DNA of 64,000 bases from the human T2T-CHM13v2.0 reference genome, Homo sapiens. A model generated the notes under the pieces. The model did not search any database. It was given only the letters and a program-made list of their open reading frames with translations, and was not told the DNA's origin. Positions 20,466 to 33,076 of this stretch are shown in pieces (within the stretch, counting starts at the first letter, position 1; every line of letters begins with the position of its first letter). The stretch is taken from the NCBI RefSeq assembly GCF_009914755.1, contig NC_060935.1. One strand, written 5' to 3'. Position numbers and translations under genes: made by a program.

Positions 20466-20710
20466 ACTGTATTAGTTCATTCAGCCTACACAACAGGTTC
20501 TAGCTGCTACATGGCTACACATACCCATGCAACTGTTTATAGTATTCTTCTTCATCACCTTATATGTTCTAAGAACCTTGGGTAGTGTATGTATTTTACT
20601 GAGATTAAAGACAGAATGAGGGTGAATGGGTCCAAGTGCAAGCATTCTCCATCTTCCCACTCCACTCCCTAATGGAACTAGATGTTCACTCTGTTATTGA
20701 AAGCAGTGAT

Positions 20711-21158
20711 TGTGGAGTCCTAGTAAGGGAAAAGGAGTCAGGCGGGTGGGAAAAGGGTACAGCAAAAAGAAAAAGCAGATAAGGTATAAGTCTGCCTTTC
20801 TTCATGGTCCAAGACACACAGCCCTCTTGCACAAATAACTCACAAGCTTTCTGCACTCAACTTATCACCAGACTCTCAGCTGACAGAAAAATGCAAGTTA
20901 GCTCACTGCAACCTTGGCCTTATCAGTACTGCACATAGCCCTCTCTGCAGCACACAGCAGAAGCATCATCCTGTAACATGCCCAGCAAGCCATTGTCTCC
21001 TGGCAGTCAGCTTCTCTCTTGCTGATCTGCCCGTTGCACCCTTGCAACCAACCTACTTTCATACTTTCTCTAATAAATCTGCCCTTCTTTACCTACAATT
21101 GCCTTGGTAATTCCTTTACCACCTGCAACGCCAGCCTCAGCTAGTGTGACCTATGACA
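20711..21158 (+). mobile_element. ERV1 solo LTR (MER83-like)
   Basis: TG...CA termini; GTGAT/GTGAG flanking repeats; AATAAA ~21072; start TGTGGAGTCCTA..GGAAAAGGAGTCAGG resembles recalled MER83. Confidence 0.8.
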
Positions 21159-21429
21159 GTGAGGATGAACACAGGAAAACACACTACAGGCACAGTTTTG
21201 CTTTTCAGCACTTGGTTGACAGGAGGCTGATAAACTGCCTAATTGTGCTCTGCTTACTTTAGATGAACACTGCTCCCTCTTAAAACTTCATTTGAGATCA
21301 CATAATTATGAATTTATATCAAATTTGGTCCAACCCAAACAAAATGTGTTATCTCCACTGATCACATATCCAAATGCCTTTTTATCTGTACATAGCATAT
21401 TTATGCCAGTTTTGTTGTAGATGGAGTCA

Positions 21430-21758
21430 CCTGGGCGCAGTGGCTCACGTCTGTAATTCCAGCACTTTAGGAGGCCAGGATTACACTTCAGGAGGCCGAG
21501 GCAGGTGAATCACTTGAGGTCAGGAGCTCGAGACCAGCCTGGACAACATGGTGAAACCCCATCTCTACTAATACAAAAATTAGCTGGGCGTGGTGGTACA
21601 TGCCTGTAATCCCAGCTACTAGGGAGGCTGAGGCAGGAGAATCGCTTGAACCCAGGGGGCAGAGGTGGATTGCAGTGAGCTGAGATCGAGCCACTGCATT
21701 CCAGCCTGGGCAACAGAGGGCGACTGCATCTCAAAAAAAAAAAAAAAAAGTTAAAAAA
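21430..21758 (+). mobile_element. AluS with a small internal duplication
   Basis: TSD GTAGATGGAGTCA; CACTT(T/C)AGGAGGCC occurs twice in the left arm. Confidence 0.92.
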
Positions 21759-21869
21759 GTAGATGGAGTCATAAAACCTCTACCAACTACCTGCCTCTTT
21801 AAAGACATGATTTAAGTAAAAGCTACAGTTCTATTTTTATGGAATTTTTATTTAAAAATATGGTATCTA

Positions 21870-21995
21870 GGCCTACGGCTACAGGCTTACATGTGTAATC
21901 TTAGCACTTTGGGAGGCCAAGGCAGCAGGATCACTTGAGCTCAGGAGTTTGAGAGATCAGCCTGGACAACATAATGAGAATCTATCACTATTTTA
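21870..21995 (+). mobile_element. FLAM-like Alu monomer
   Basis: Left-monomer sequence only, directly followed by the 7SL copy. Confidence 0.8.
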
Positions 21996-22016
21996 AATCA
22001 CTATTTAAGAAAAAGA

Positions 22017-22313
22017 GCTGGGCGCAGTGGTGTGTGCCTGTAGTCCCAGCTACTCAAGAGGCTGAGGCAGGAAGATCCCTTGAGCCCAGAAGTTCTGGAC
22101 TGTAGTATCCTATGCCGATTGGGTGTCTGCACTAAATTAGGCATCAACATGGTGACCTCCAGGGAGTGAGGGACCACCAGGTTGCCTAATGAGAGAAGTG
22201 GCCCAGGTCAGAAACAGAGCAGGTCAAAACTCCCGTGCTTATCAGTAGTAGGATCACATCTGTGAATAGCCACTGCACTCCAGCCTGAGCAACACAGTAA
22301 ATCCCCCGTCTTT
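22017..22313 (+). pseudogene. 7SL (SRP RNA) processed pseudogene, full length
   Basis: Includes the S-domain absent from Alus (TATGCCGATTGGGTGTCTGCACTAA..GGCATCAACATGGTGACCTCC..GGGACCACCAGGTTGCCTAA..GAGCAGGTCAAAACTCCCGTG); ends GTCTTT plus poly-A. Confidence 0.95.
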
Positions 22314-22478
22314 AAAAAAAAAAAAAAGTAAGCATGGAATCCACTTCTCTGCTAACTTCTAAAAACTAGTCTTAGTTCTCTTTGCCAGAGGAAGCAGAAT
22401 CTAATTTTAAAATTTAAAAGTACTTCTATGTGGCTTCACATAACATAATTTGTCTATTGCTAATTCTTCTGAGCTTGA

Positions 22479-22748
<270 letters not shown>

Positions 22749-22789
22749 TAGTTTTAAAACATTATTTTGACTTCTACACTATGTACATA

Positions 22790-24930
22790 CTTTACATATT
22801 CAAAAATAAAATCCTAAGTAAAAACTGAAACCTATGAACCATATCAAATTGGTAGCATAACCAGAGAAAAGTATTTCAAGTGACTTTTGAACACAGTACT
22901 CATTATACATTCTTCATGCAATATAGTCTAAATACGAAAATAAATGCAAAGAAATCTTAAACTACATGAAGCTTATTGGTATTAGCAATACCAGCACTAT
23001 AATTTTAAAATGATTTTATGTATACAGTGGGAGAAAGCAAATAAGTTTATTATTTTTTTTGGAGACAGGGTCTCACTCTGTCATCCAGGCTGAAGTGCAG
23101 TGGGGTATGAACATGGCTCACTGCAGCCTCAACCTCCTGGGCTCAAGTGATCCACCTGCTTCAGCCTCCTGAGCAGCTGGGAACACAGGCACACACCACC
23201 ACGCCTGGCTAATTTTTTTATTTTTTATAGAGATGGGGTCTCATCATGTTGCCCAGGCTGGCCTTGAACTCCTGGGCTCAAGCAATCCTTCCACCTCGGC
23301 CTTTCAACGTCCTGGGATTACAGGCATGAGCCACTGTGCTTGGCCAGTTTATTAACTGTATTAAAAACCAAGATTTTCATTTAAGACAAGAGACAAATAT
23401 AGAGTCAAGGAAGAAAAAGTCTGCTTGTTAAATAGGAATTGGAATATCACTCTGAACTCATGATTAAACAAGCAAAAACCTTTTTCTTAGTTCTCTCCTC
23501 TCAAAGCACCTAGAAGCAATGATACTGCAGCAGCAACGAATATGCCAAACATCCAGAACTTGGTTTCTATATACGATTTCTCATTAAAAAGAACCAAGAC
23601 TCCCTGGATAAACAGCTCTTTCCAGAGGTGAGCAAAGAAAGTATAAGATAAACCCTGGAGTAACTCGTGTCAGAAAGCACTCCAAGATTAATGGGGAGCA
23701 GGGGTGTCAAGACACACAATAGTCAGCTTGAAATGGTTCCTACTGACCAAATCTGGGACAATTTGGTCATTAAAAAGAAAGACGACTGTAACTGGTTATA
23801 AAACAAGGAATAAATTAAAACCCATGAGAGTCTGAAGTGGTATCATTCACCCCTGCCCCAAAAAACATCATTGGGGGTGGCTATTTCTCCAGCTCTTTAC
23901 TATGAATATTGAAAAGTAAAGAGATTAAATTTAACATTTAATTTGCATTTTGGGGAAGAACAATAGTTTACCTGCACTTAATGAAGGAAATCTCTTCCTT
24001 ACAGAGAACCTCCAATAACTGATTTAAGCAAAAGTCATCATGGGTGCTAAAAACCACTAAGCAAAAGATTGTCAGAAACTGGGTATTTGCTTAGTGTCCA
24101 AGTTTTACCCCAAGATTACATATTAATCACAAACTGGCAAACCACACCTTTACAACAGATCAGTAGTCAGCACTTTAATCAAATGGTTACATTTAGCATC
24201 ATTAATAGTGTGGGAATCTGACATTGTGTGCCTCCTATATTATGCAACAGGAGGTACACAGCATCACCTATTAAATATTCTTGCCAAAGGAAGTTTTACT
24301 TTAAGCTAATTAAGCCTTCCTTTACACCTAACTTCCAGTTAATAGGAAATTCAGGGAGAAAGAGGAATAAACGAAATGACATTAGGAGGGCACAAATCCA
24401 GAATGTGGGTATATTTTACAAGACAACTGGTTTGGTCAATTACGTGTCAGAAAAAAAGAAGGGAGGGAATATTCATCCTATTTAATTTCCCCTGCAAAAA
24501 GAAGAGGGGATGGATACTCTTCATTTTACAAAATGACTAAAGACTTAATCACCAAATGCAATCAATGCATGAATCTTGACTGACTACAACTGGGGGCAGA
24601 ACCCTCAAAGACACTTTGGAACAACTGAGGAATTTTGAAGATGGAGTTGTTAATTTTGATAGGCATTAATAATGATACTGGGGTTAGTAGGAGAATGTCC
24701 CTATTTTTAGGAAACACATGCCGAAATATTTGAGGATTACAGTGTTTGCAGCTTACTTTCAAATAATTACACACATACAGAGAAAGACAGGAAACAATAT
24801 GGCAAAAATGCTAATCACTGAGTTGGTTATTCATTGCATTGATTAGCATTTTTATTCATTGCATGAATAACCGATCACAATTGTATAGAACGAACCTCTA
24901 TACGACTAAAATTTTTCATAACAAAGTTAA
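22790..24930 (+). mobile_element. Old L1MC/ME-type 3' region, interrupted by an AluJ (23052-23345, minus)
   Basis: L1MC-like 3' motifs (ACCAAATGCAAT, GGAACAACTGAGGAATTTTGAA, AAATTTTTCATAACAAAGTT); boundaries approximate. Confidence 0.65.
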
Positions 24931-24999
24931 TAAAATTGTACTTCTATTGAGAAGTACGGTAGAAAGTACACGAAAGTACATCTATACTGGAATTATATT

Positions 25000-25180
25000 T
25001 GGGTTGAAATCTAAACTATCTTACTAGTTGTGTGCCCTAAGGCAAGTTGTAATTCTTCGTATCACTAAGTTTGTCACTTCTATAAAATTCAAGTAATAAT
25101 ATCTGCATCATTAGGTTGTTCTGAGAATTAAATAATTACAAATGCAAAAATGCCAAGCAGTACTGCACAAAATGAATAAT
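25000..25180 (-). mobile_element. MIR
   Basis: TTACTAGTTGTGTG..GGCAAGTT..AGGTTGTTCTGAGAATTAAAT. Confidence 0.65.
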
Positions 25181-25744
25181 CTGGTTTTCATAATTAATCA
25201 GTACATTACTAATAATCCTAAAATACAAAACTAAAGGACTACGTTCATTATATTCACATTCTATGATAAGGGGAAACTACATTAGGTAAAATTATTATTA
25301 ATCCACTGACAGTCCAAGTGAAGTAATGGGGGAAATGAAGATTTATACAGTATTTTTTAAACCCAAGAATTCCAACTGAACACCTAGAGAAAAGGAAATC
25401 AAAATCGTGCAGCTTGCTTCCGGTATCAGCCGATCTCCAAATAAAGCATTAAGAAAATAAGTGGAAGTTATGGAGAATTTCTTCCTGACTTCAAGAGATT
25501 ATCTACTTACACGCTGAAAAAGAAATTAAGTTTTTGTCTTCATTTTTGTAAGTTCCAAAAAAAAGCACACAATTACGGGGTTTTATTGTAAATTCTGCTT
25601 GGATTCATAGAACTCACATGGACGCAATTTCCTTTTAATCAGTTCTAACGTACCTGTCATTTCTCGAGGTAACCCCTTTTTCTGATTAGGCCAGCAATAA
25701 AACGACTAGATGCAGAGTGATCCTCAGGAAGGAAAGGAAAAGAG

Positions 25745-25804
25745 GTGTGTGTGTGTGTGTATGTGTGTGTGTGTTTGTGTGTGTGTATATATATATATAT
25801 ATAT
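25745..25804. repeat. Compound (TG)n(TA)n microsatellite
   Basis: Read directly from the sequence. Confidence 0.95.
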
Positions 25805-26212
25805 TTTTTTAAAGAAGTGCCATCTTTTTCTTTCTGTACCAGAGAAAAAGCAGAAGGGGAAAGGAGGAAAAAAAACAGGTCTGAGCCTCCCGGGTTCGAC
25901 CAGGTGAGAGGTGGCAACACCTCCGGCCGCTCCGGGTTAGGGTGTTGGGCAAATGGGCGTGCAAAGGACGGGCAGCTCCCTGGAAGGTCGGGGTAACTGC
26001 TCCGGGACCGCGGGGCCCAAGGCCGGTCTCCTCCCAGAAGGATTAAATGCCACCGAGGGGATCCCGTGGGGTGTCTCCCGGCGCGGACTAGGCTGACAGA
26101 CCCGGCTCTCCGCTCCCTTCGGCGCCAGGTGGGGGCCACGCGGTGTCAGCCACGGGCAGCGTGCAGGGGCCGTCCCCCGCGCGACCGGAGCCCGCCCTCC
26201 CCTCCCCGTTAC

Positions 26213-26740
26213 CTGCGGGCGGCGGCGCCGGGCCCGGAGGCCTGCTGCTCCTCCTCCTTCTCCCGCCAGGCTGGGGCGGCGAGGCGGCGGCGGCGGCGGC
26301 CCGGGGGGAGGGGGCGGAGCGCGCGGCTCGCTGCCTCTCTCCTCCCCCGGGAGGCTCAGGGGCCCCTATCTCGGGCCGCCGCGCCTAGGCCCGTGAGCAG
26401 CCTGTGGCTGGGGCATGGCGGCACAGCCCACCGGCGTGCCCGCGAGGTGGGAGTGCGAGGAGGCGGGGAGGGAAGCACCCCCAGCGCTCGGAGGGGCCAG
26501 AGGGGAGGAGCGAGGGGGCCCGGGAGCCGCGCGCTGGCGACCGTTGGGGACGGTTGGCCGAGGGCAGGCGGTTGTTTGGGGAGCGCGGCGACGGCTCGCG
26601 TGTTCCCAGCGGGGCGGGGTGGGGAAGGGGAAGGGGACTGAGGGGAGGGGAGGGGGAGGTTGGGAGGGAGCCGCCGCCGCGCGCGTGCGGGCCGGCGCCG
26701 CCGCCGTTGCCGCTCCGCTCACTCCAGCCTGTTTGGGGGC
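26213..26740 (-). other. Probable non-coding first exon (5' UTR) of a minus-strand gene; TSS approximate; host tentatively ARHGAP32 (recall, unverified)
   Basis: Strong donor CCGCAG|GTAACG (GT at 26212-26211); GC boxes just upstream on the minus strand; no ATG ORF reads through the donor; long repeats to the left are mostly antisense, as expected in an intron. Confidence 0.7.
26366..26416 (-). CDS. Candidate uORF MPQPQAAHGPRRGGPR* (16 aa)
   Basis: ATG in GCCGCCATGC context inside the putative exon 1; TAG stop before the donor; translation not shown. Confidence 0.4.
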   Translation of the reverse strand: MPQPQAAHGPRRGGPR

Positions 26741-28544
26741 ACTTTGTTTGTGTCCCACAATGCTCTGCGCCGGCGGCCTGGCTGGGGAAGGGGAGGAGAA
26801 GGGGGCGGGGCGGAGCGCGCTCGGGGGCGGGGCTCGGGGCGGGGAAGGAAACGTGATGATTGCGCAAGCGCAGAAAATGGGCCCTCTTGGCCGTCGGGAC
26901 TTGTACTGTTGGTGACTCCGTCTCCTTAGACGGTGGAGCCTGCGTGACCCAGAAAGGCCGTGAGTCTTGACACTGTATTTTTGCATATGTGCGCACATGT
27001 GCCGATTTACATTCACATGCCCCATAAGCCCTGTCCCATTTGTCCTTCCTCTAAGCCGTCCTCTTACCCAGTTCCCCTCTCACACCTGAGAAGCATTTCT
27101 CCGCAGGAGTCACATTTATAGCATTATTTTTTTCTTCGAACTAAAAACATAACTCCTATTTTCTCGGGTAGTTTTTGTAGGGAGGTCGAAATAGAAACAC
27201 TTCAGCCCCTCTTCGGCGAGGGAGGTTAGTTGGTAAGGTGCCCATTGTTCACCCATGGAAACAGGCCTGCCAAGGGCCGCCCCGCAGACAGGTGAGCCCG
27301 CGCCCCCGTCCTGGGCGGACTGCGACATGCGGCGGGTGTCTGGATTGCGTGGCTCCTCGGGCCTCCTCGCAGTGCTTGCTCTCTTCCGTTCTAGCACTTG
27401 CCTCGGTGACCTGGCAGGACGTGCGGTTCTTGAGATGAGTGGAGAAACGGACTCCCAGGTCCCTCTCGTTCTTCCAACACAGGGACAGCTAGAGCTGCTC
27501 CAAAAATATACCCTACTTCTTCCACAACCGTGAATCTGTCATTTTTACTGCACCATCACTTACTTCCTGGCCTTCCCGGAGGAAGTGTGCGGGCCTCCCC
27601 GAAGTAACCGGTACCGCCCGGGGGGTTTTGAAGTTCTTGGTCAACTGCAAAATCAATCAACCTAGTTAACTCCTAGGGCCCTAAGTCTTGGCTTCCCCTG
27701 GCCAGGCGGGCGAGCGCTCTCCACACCGCCCCCGGAGGTCATAGGGGTTCCCGGGACTGCAGGCGGCAGCGCCCCAGGTGCCTGGGGGCGGGCGGGGTGC
27801 GGGCAGGTGCTCCTTGGGCGCTTTCTGTTTTCCCACGCCTCCAGTTTGCAAACCGAAAGACTTCTTTCCAGAGGGTTTTGTGCAAGGTGGGTGGACGTCC
27901 CGCTGAAGTAGAGTGGATTTTCCTTTTGAAACACTTGGCAACATCTCACATTAATTCACTCTGAGAGACAAGCAGCCAAGCACCTGAACACCCTGACACT
28001 TGCAATCTTCTTTAGGAATAAAGGCAATAAAAACAACTTCTGTTTTTATAGTCCTTCGCAGTTTCCAACAAGTTTTCAAGCATGTATAATGTTATCTAAT
28101 CCTTACGGCAACTGTAATTCACAGGTTTTATCACAGGTTTCTATTATTATTCCCACTATCATTCTTATTATTCCCATTTCAGAGATGAGAAAAATCAGAA
28201 AGATGCGAACTAGGCCCAGAAACTTTTGCACTAAGTTTTGAAGAGGGGAAGGGAAAGAAGGCGGAATGCTTACCTGGGAGAGGACTGGCGGCCACAGAGC
28301 AGGGCTCAGGAAAGGGCATGAGCTGGGGCCCTGGTGAGGAATGTGTGAGAATGTATGTAGGTGGTAAGCAACTGGACAAGAATCAGGGTGGAAATGAAGT
28401 AGTCAAATCCTATCTACCTCTCCTAGTGCCTTTAACAGGATAGTCAATAAAAGACCATGAGGCAAGTCTTTTCTAAGTGCTTCTCCAGGGGCTGTGGTGG
28501 CAGCTCCTCAACTACTACACTGACACAAAAATTTGCTTTCCTTT

Positions 28545-29603
28545 GTAGTACAACTTGAAGTCAGGTAGAGGAATGCCTCTAGCTTTGTTATTTTTGCTCA
28601 GAATTGCCCTAGCTTTTCAGGGTCTTTTGTGGTTCCATACAAATTTTAGGATTTTTTTTTCTAGTTCTGTGATGAGTGTCATTGATATTTTGGTAGGGAT
28701 TGTACTGTACCTGTAGGTGGCTTTGGGTAGTGTGGATATTTTAACAATATTAATTCTTTCAATTCATGAGCGTGAGATATCTTTCCTTTTTTTTTTTTTT
28801 TTTTTTTTGTTCTCTTCATTTTCTTTCATCAATGTGTACACTTTTCCGGGTAGAGATTTTTCACTTCCTTGCTTACATTTATTGCTAGGTATTTTATTTT
28901 GCTTTTTTGTAGCTATTGTGAATGAGATTGTTTTCTTGATTTCTTTTTCAGATTGATGGCTGTTAGCATATAGAAAATCAACTGTGCTGGGTGTGGTGGC
29001 TCACGCCTGTAATCCCAACACTTTGGGAGTCCAAGGCAGGCAGATCACGAGGTCAGGAGTTCAAGACCAGCCTGGCCAACATAGTGAAACCCCATCTCTA
29101 CTAAAAATACAAAAAAGTTAGCTGGGAATGGTGGCACGCGCCCGTAGTCCCAGCTACTTGGGAGGCTGAGGTGGGGAATCACTTGAACCCAGGGGGTGGA
29201 GGTTACAGTGAGTCGAGATCGTGCCACTCCAGCCTGGCGACAGAGCAAGACTCCATCTCCAAAAAAAAAGAAAAGAAAAGAAAATCAATTGATTTTTGTA
29301 TCCTTCAACTTAACTGAATTCGTTCATCAAAGTTCTGAGAGATGGAGTCTTTAGGTTTTTCTAAATATAAGAACAAGTCATCTGCAAACAAGGATAATTT
29401 GACTTCTTCCTTTCCAATTCAGTTGCCCTTTATTTCTTTCTCTTGCCTAATTGCTCAGGTGAGGACTTCCAGAAATATATTGAATAGGAGTGGTGAAAGT
29501 GGGTATCCTTGTCTTGTTCCAGATCTTAGTGGAAAGGCTTTCAATGTTTTCCTGTTCAGTGTGATATTAGCTGCGGGTTTGTCATATATGGCTTTTATCA
29601 TTT
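28545..29603 (-). mobile_element. L1M(A/B) ORF2 fragment split by an AluS (28986-29279, +, TSD AGAAAATCAA)
   Basis: Antisense L1 ORF2 motifs TTGAAGTCAGGTAG, GGTTCCATACAAATTTTAG, TCATCTGCAAACAAGGATAATTTGACTTC. Confidence 0.9.
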
Positions 29604-29662
29604 AAAAACTTTTCTTCCCTTAGATTATTCCCTTGTCTCCTCTGCCTTTTCCACTTAAAAAA

Positions 29663-29916
29663 TTTTTTTTTGGAGACAGGCTCTCATTGTGTTGTCCAAG
29701 AGTGCAGTGGTGCAATCACAGCTAAATACAGTCTCAAACTCCTGGGCACAAGCGTCCTCTGGCCTCAGCTTTCCAAATAGCTAGGACTACAAGTGCGCCA
29801 CTGTGCCTGGCTAATTTTAAAAATTTTTTGTAGAGATGGGTCTTGCTATGTGAACTTGGGCTCAAGTGATCCTCCTGAAGTGCTGGGATTACAGGCATAA
29901 GCTACCATACCTGAGC
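29663..29916 (-). mobile_element. AluJ with internal deletions
   Basis: Reverse-complement diverged Alu. Confidence 0.85.
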
Positions 29917-30846
29917 CCTTTCCTGCTTTTCTTTCTCATTTAACATTTAAATATTTTATCATCCTTCCACTCCACCCCCACCTCAGGTCTGAAGAATTTA
30001 TTAACGAACAAATGACCGTGAGGCCCTTCAGAGCTCAATGCTAGATGCTTGGAGAGGGTGTGAGAAAATCTCAAAGAAGATTAACTTTGCAGGAGCCCTC
30101 TTGTCTGCTTTGGCTCTGGGCAGGGTCAGTTTCTGTGGCTTCTGCAGCCTCCCACCTTTTTCCTTCTTGAGCTGGTAGAGACTTGCCTCTGGGTTGCTGG
30201 AATATACACACCTTTCTTTGACACTAGGTTAAATAATACTGCTGGGAGGATTTTGTGAAATCAGAATCCTGTACACAGGTGAAAAAAACAAATGTAGACA
30301 GTATGAGGAACCTTTAATTATTAACTTGGTGTGGATGATTCTGAGGAATTCAAATTCCAGGCAAATTCCAGGAGTTATATTTCAGCCACGAGCTCTTTGG
30401 GGGAATAAATTCTGCAAAAGATGGCACTTCCTTGTGGAAGACCATTATAACTGAATGGAAACTTAGTTATTTAGTCCAAAAGCATTAGCATTAAGGCATG
30501 AATCCTTTCTACCCGACCTTGCCTCCTTATTAGATTAGATTATACAACTACATATATAAAAAATTAATCTCACTCTCTTACCCTAAAATTTATACCTCTT
30601 CTAGTGTTCACATTTTACCATTCACCCAGTGAAGCAGGGTGACTTTGCTACTTTACTACTGTATCTCAATTCCAATCCATCAACAAGTCCTGTTGAATGT
30701 GTCCCTCTCCACTGCCACCGTCCTAAAATAAGATGATACTAGCTTGTGCCTGGAGAATTATAATACCACTCACGTGGTTTCCCAAATGCACTCTCCCTTT
30801 TCCTCATTCTCTACATGGTCGCCAGAGTTGCAATGCATAGCAGTGA

Positions 30847-31624
<778 letters not shown>

Positions 31625-31625
31625 G

Positions 31626-32648
31626 AAATGTATTTCTTAAGTAAGACCTGAAAGTAGAAATAGCTCTGTGATCCATGGACAGCGGAATAGACGTTGTGTT
31701 AGCAGGCATGGAAACAACATTAATCTTGTACATCTTCATCAGAGCTCTTGGGTGACCAGTTGCACTGTTGGAGAGCAGTAATACTTCAAAAGGAATCTTT
31801 TTTGAGCAGTAGGTCTCAATAGTGCACTTAAAATATTCAGTAAACTATGCTGTAAACAGATGTGCTTTCTTCTTCAGGCTGTGATGTTTCATTTATAGAG
31901 CACAGGCAGAATTGATTGAGCATAATTGTTAAGGGCTCTCGGATTTTCAGAATGGTAAATGAACATTGGTTTCCACTTAAAGTCACCAGCTGCTTTAGCC
32001 CCTAACAAACAAGTCAGCCTGTCTTTTGAAACCAGCCACTGCCTTCTTCTCTCTAGCTATTAAAGTCCTAAATGTATCTCTCTCCAATCTAAGGCTGTTT
32101 TGTCACAAGAAGCATAGCTTTCAGCTTATCTCAGCTTTTGATCTGTCTTTCTCACTAAGCTTAATCAATTCTAGATTTGATTTAAAGTGAGAGACATGTG
32201 ACTTTTCCTTTCACTTGATCACTTGGAGGCCATTCTAGGGTTATTAATTGGCCTAATTCCAATATTGTTGTGTCTCAGGGAATAGAGAGGTCTGAGGAGA
32301 GGCAGAGAGACTAGAAACAACTGGTCAGTGGATCAGTAGGAGCACACATGTTTATTAAGTTTACCATCTTACATGGGTGCAGTTTGTGGTGCCCCTAAAC
32401 AATTATAATAGTGATCAAAGTTCACTGATCACAGATCACCGTAACAGTTATAATAATTAATGAAAAAGTTTGAAATATCGTGAGAATTGTCAAAATGTGA
32501 TAGAGACATAAAGTAAGCGCATGCTGTTGGGAAAATGGCTCCAATAGACTTGTTCGATGCAGGGTTGCCGCACACATCTTCAATTTGTGAAAAATACAGA
32601 ATCTGCAGAGTGCAATAAGGTGAGGCACAATGAAACAAAGTATGCCTA
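31626..32648 (-). mobile_element. Tigger1 DNA transposon, 5' ~1 kb
   Basis: Ends GCACAATGAAACAAAGTATGCCTA|TA (reverse of the Tigger1 TIR CAGGCATAC, TA TSD); antisense transposase motifs such as CTCACTAAGCTTAATC. Confidence 0.85.
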
Positions 32649-32815
32649 TATACTCTAATCTGTAGGAATACACCATACAAATCTATATATTGAAGAGGAA
32701 CTAACCTCAATTTTGGGGGGTTCTAAATTTATAAATCCCAGGGAAGAGACTTACTGGTTTAGCTTGGTTTGAGTACTCATCCCTAAACCAATCAACTTTC
32801 TTAGAAGAAAATGCA

Positions 32816-33076
32816 GCCTGGGCGCAGTGGCTCACGCCTGTAATCTCAGCACTTTGGGAGGCTGAGGCGGTTGCATCACAAGGTCAGGAGATCGAGACCA
32901 TCCTGGCTAACACGGTCTCTACTAAAAATACATTAAAAAAATTAGCCGGGCGTGGTGGCGGGCACCTTGTAGTCCCAGCTACTCAGGAGGCTGAGGCAGA
33001 GCTTGCAGTGAGCTGAGATCCCGCCAGCCTGGGCGACAGAACGAGACTCCATCTCAAAAAAAAAACAAAACAAAAC
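32816..33076 (+). mobile_element. AluY with three internal deletions
   Basis: AluY diagnostics; TSD AGAAAATGCA at 32806-32815 and 33077-33086. Confidence 0.92.

Larger units (their letters stand above)
25885..27910. promoter_or_regulatory. CpG island / TATA-less promoter
   Basis: Very high GC and CpG density (core 25.9-26.9 kb, satellites 27.2-27.45 and 27.6-27.9 kb); GC boxes at 26801-26844; TTGCGCAA at 26860-26867 overlapping an NRF1-like TGCGCAAGCGCA. Confidence 0.93.

Noticed and set aside
25657-27025. Overlapping 150-219 aa ORFs on both strands, including 26415-26915 (+) with a good Kozak context
   Set aside because: Low-complexity Gly/Ala/Pro/Arg ORFs are expected from stop-codon scarcity in a CpG island; no recognisable domain
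27756-27776. CTCF-like motif CTGCAGGCGGCAGC
   Set aside because: Only a partial match in GC-rich DNA; cannot be supported without a PWM scan or ChIP data
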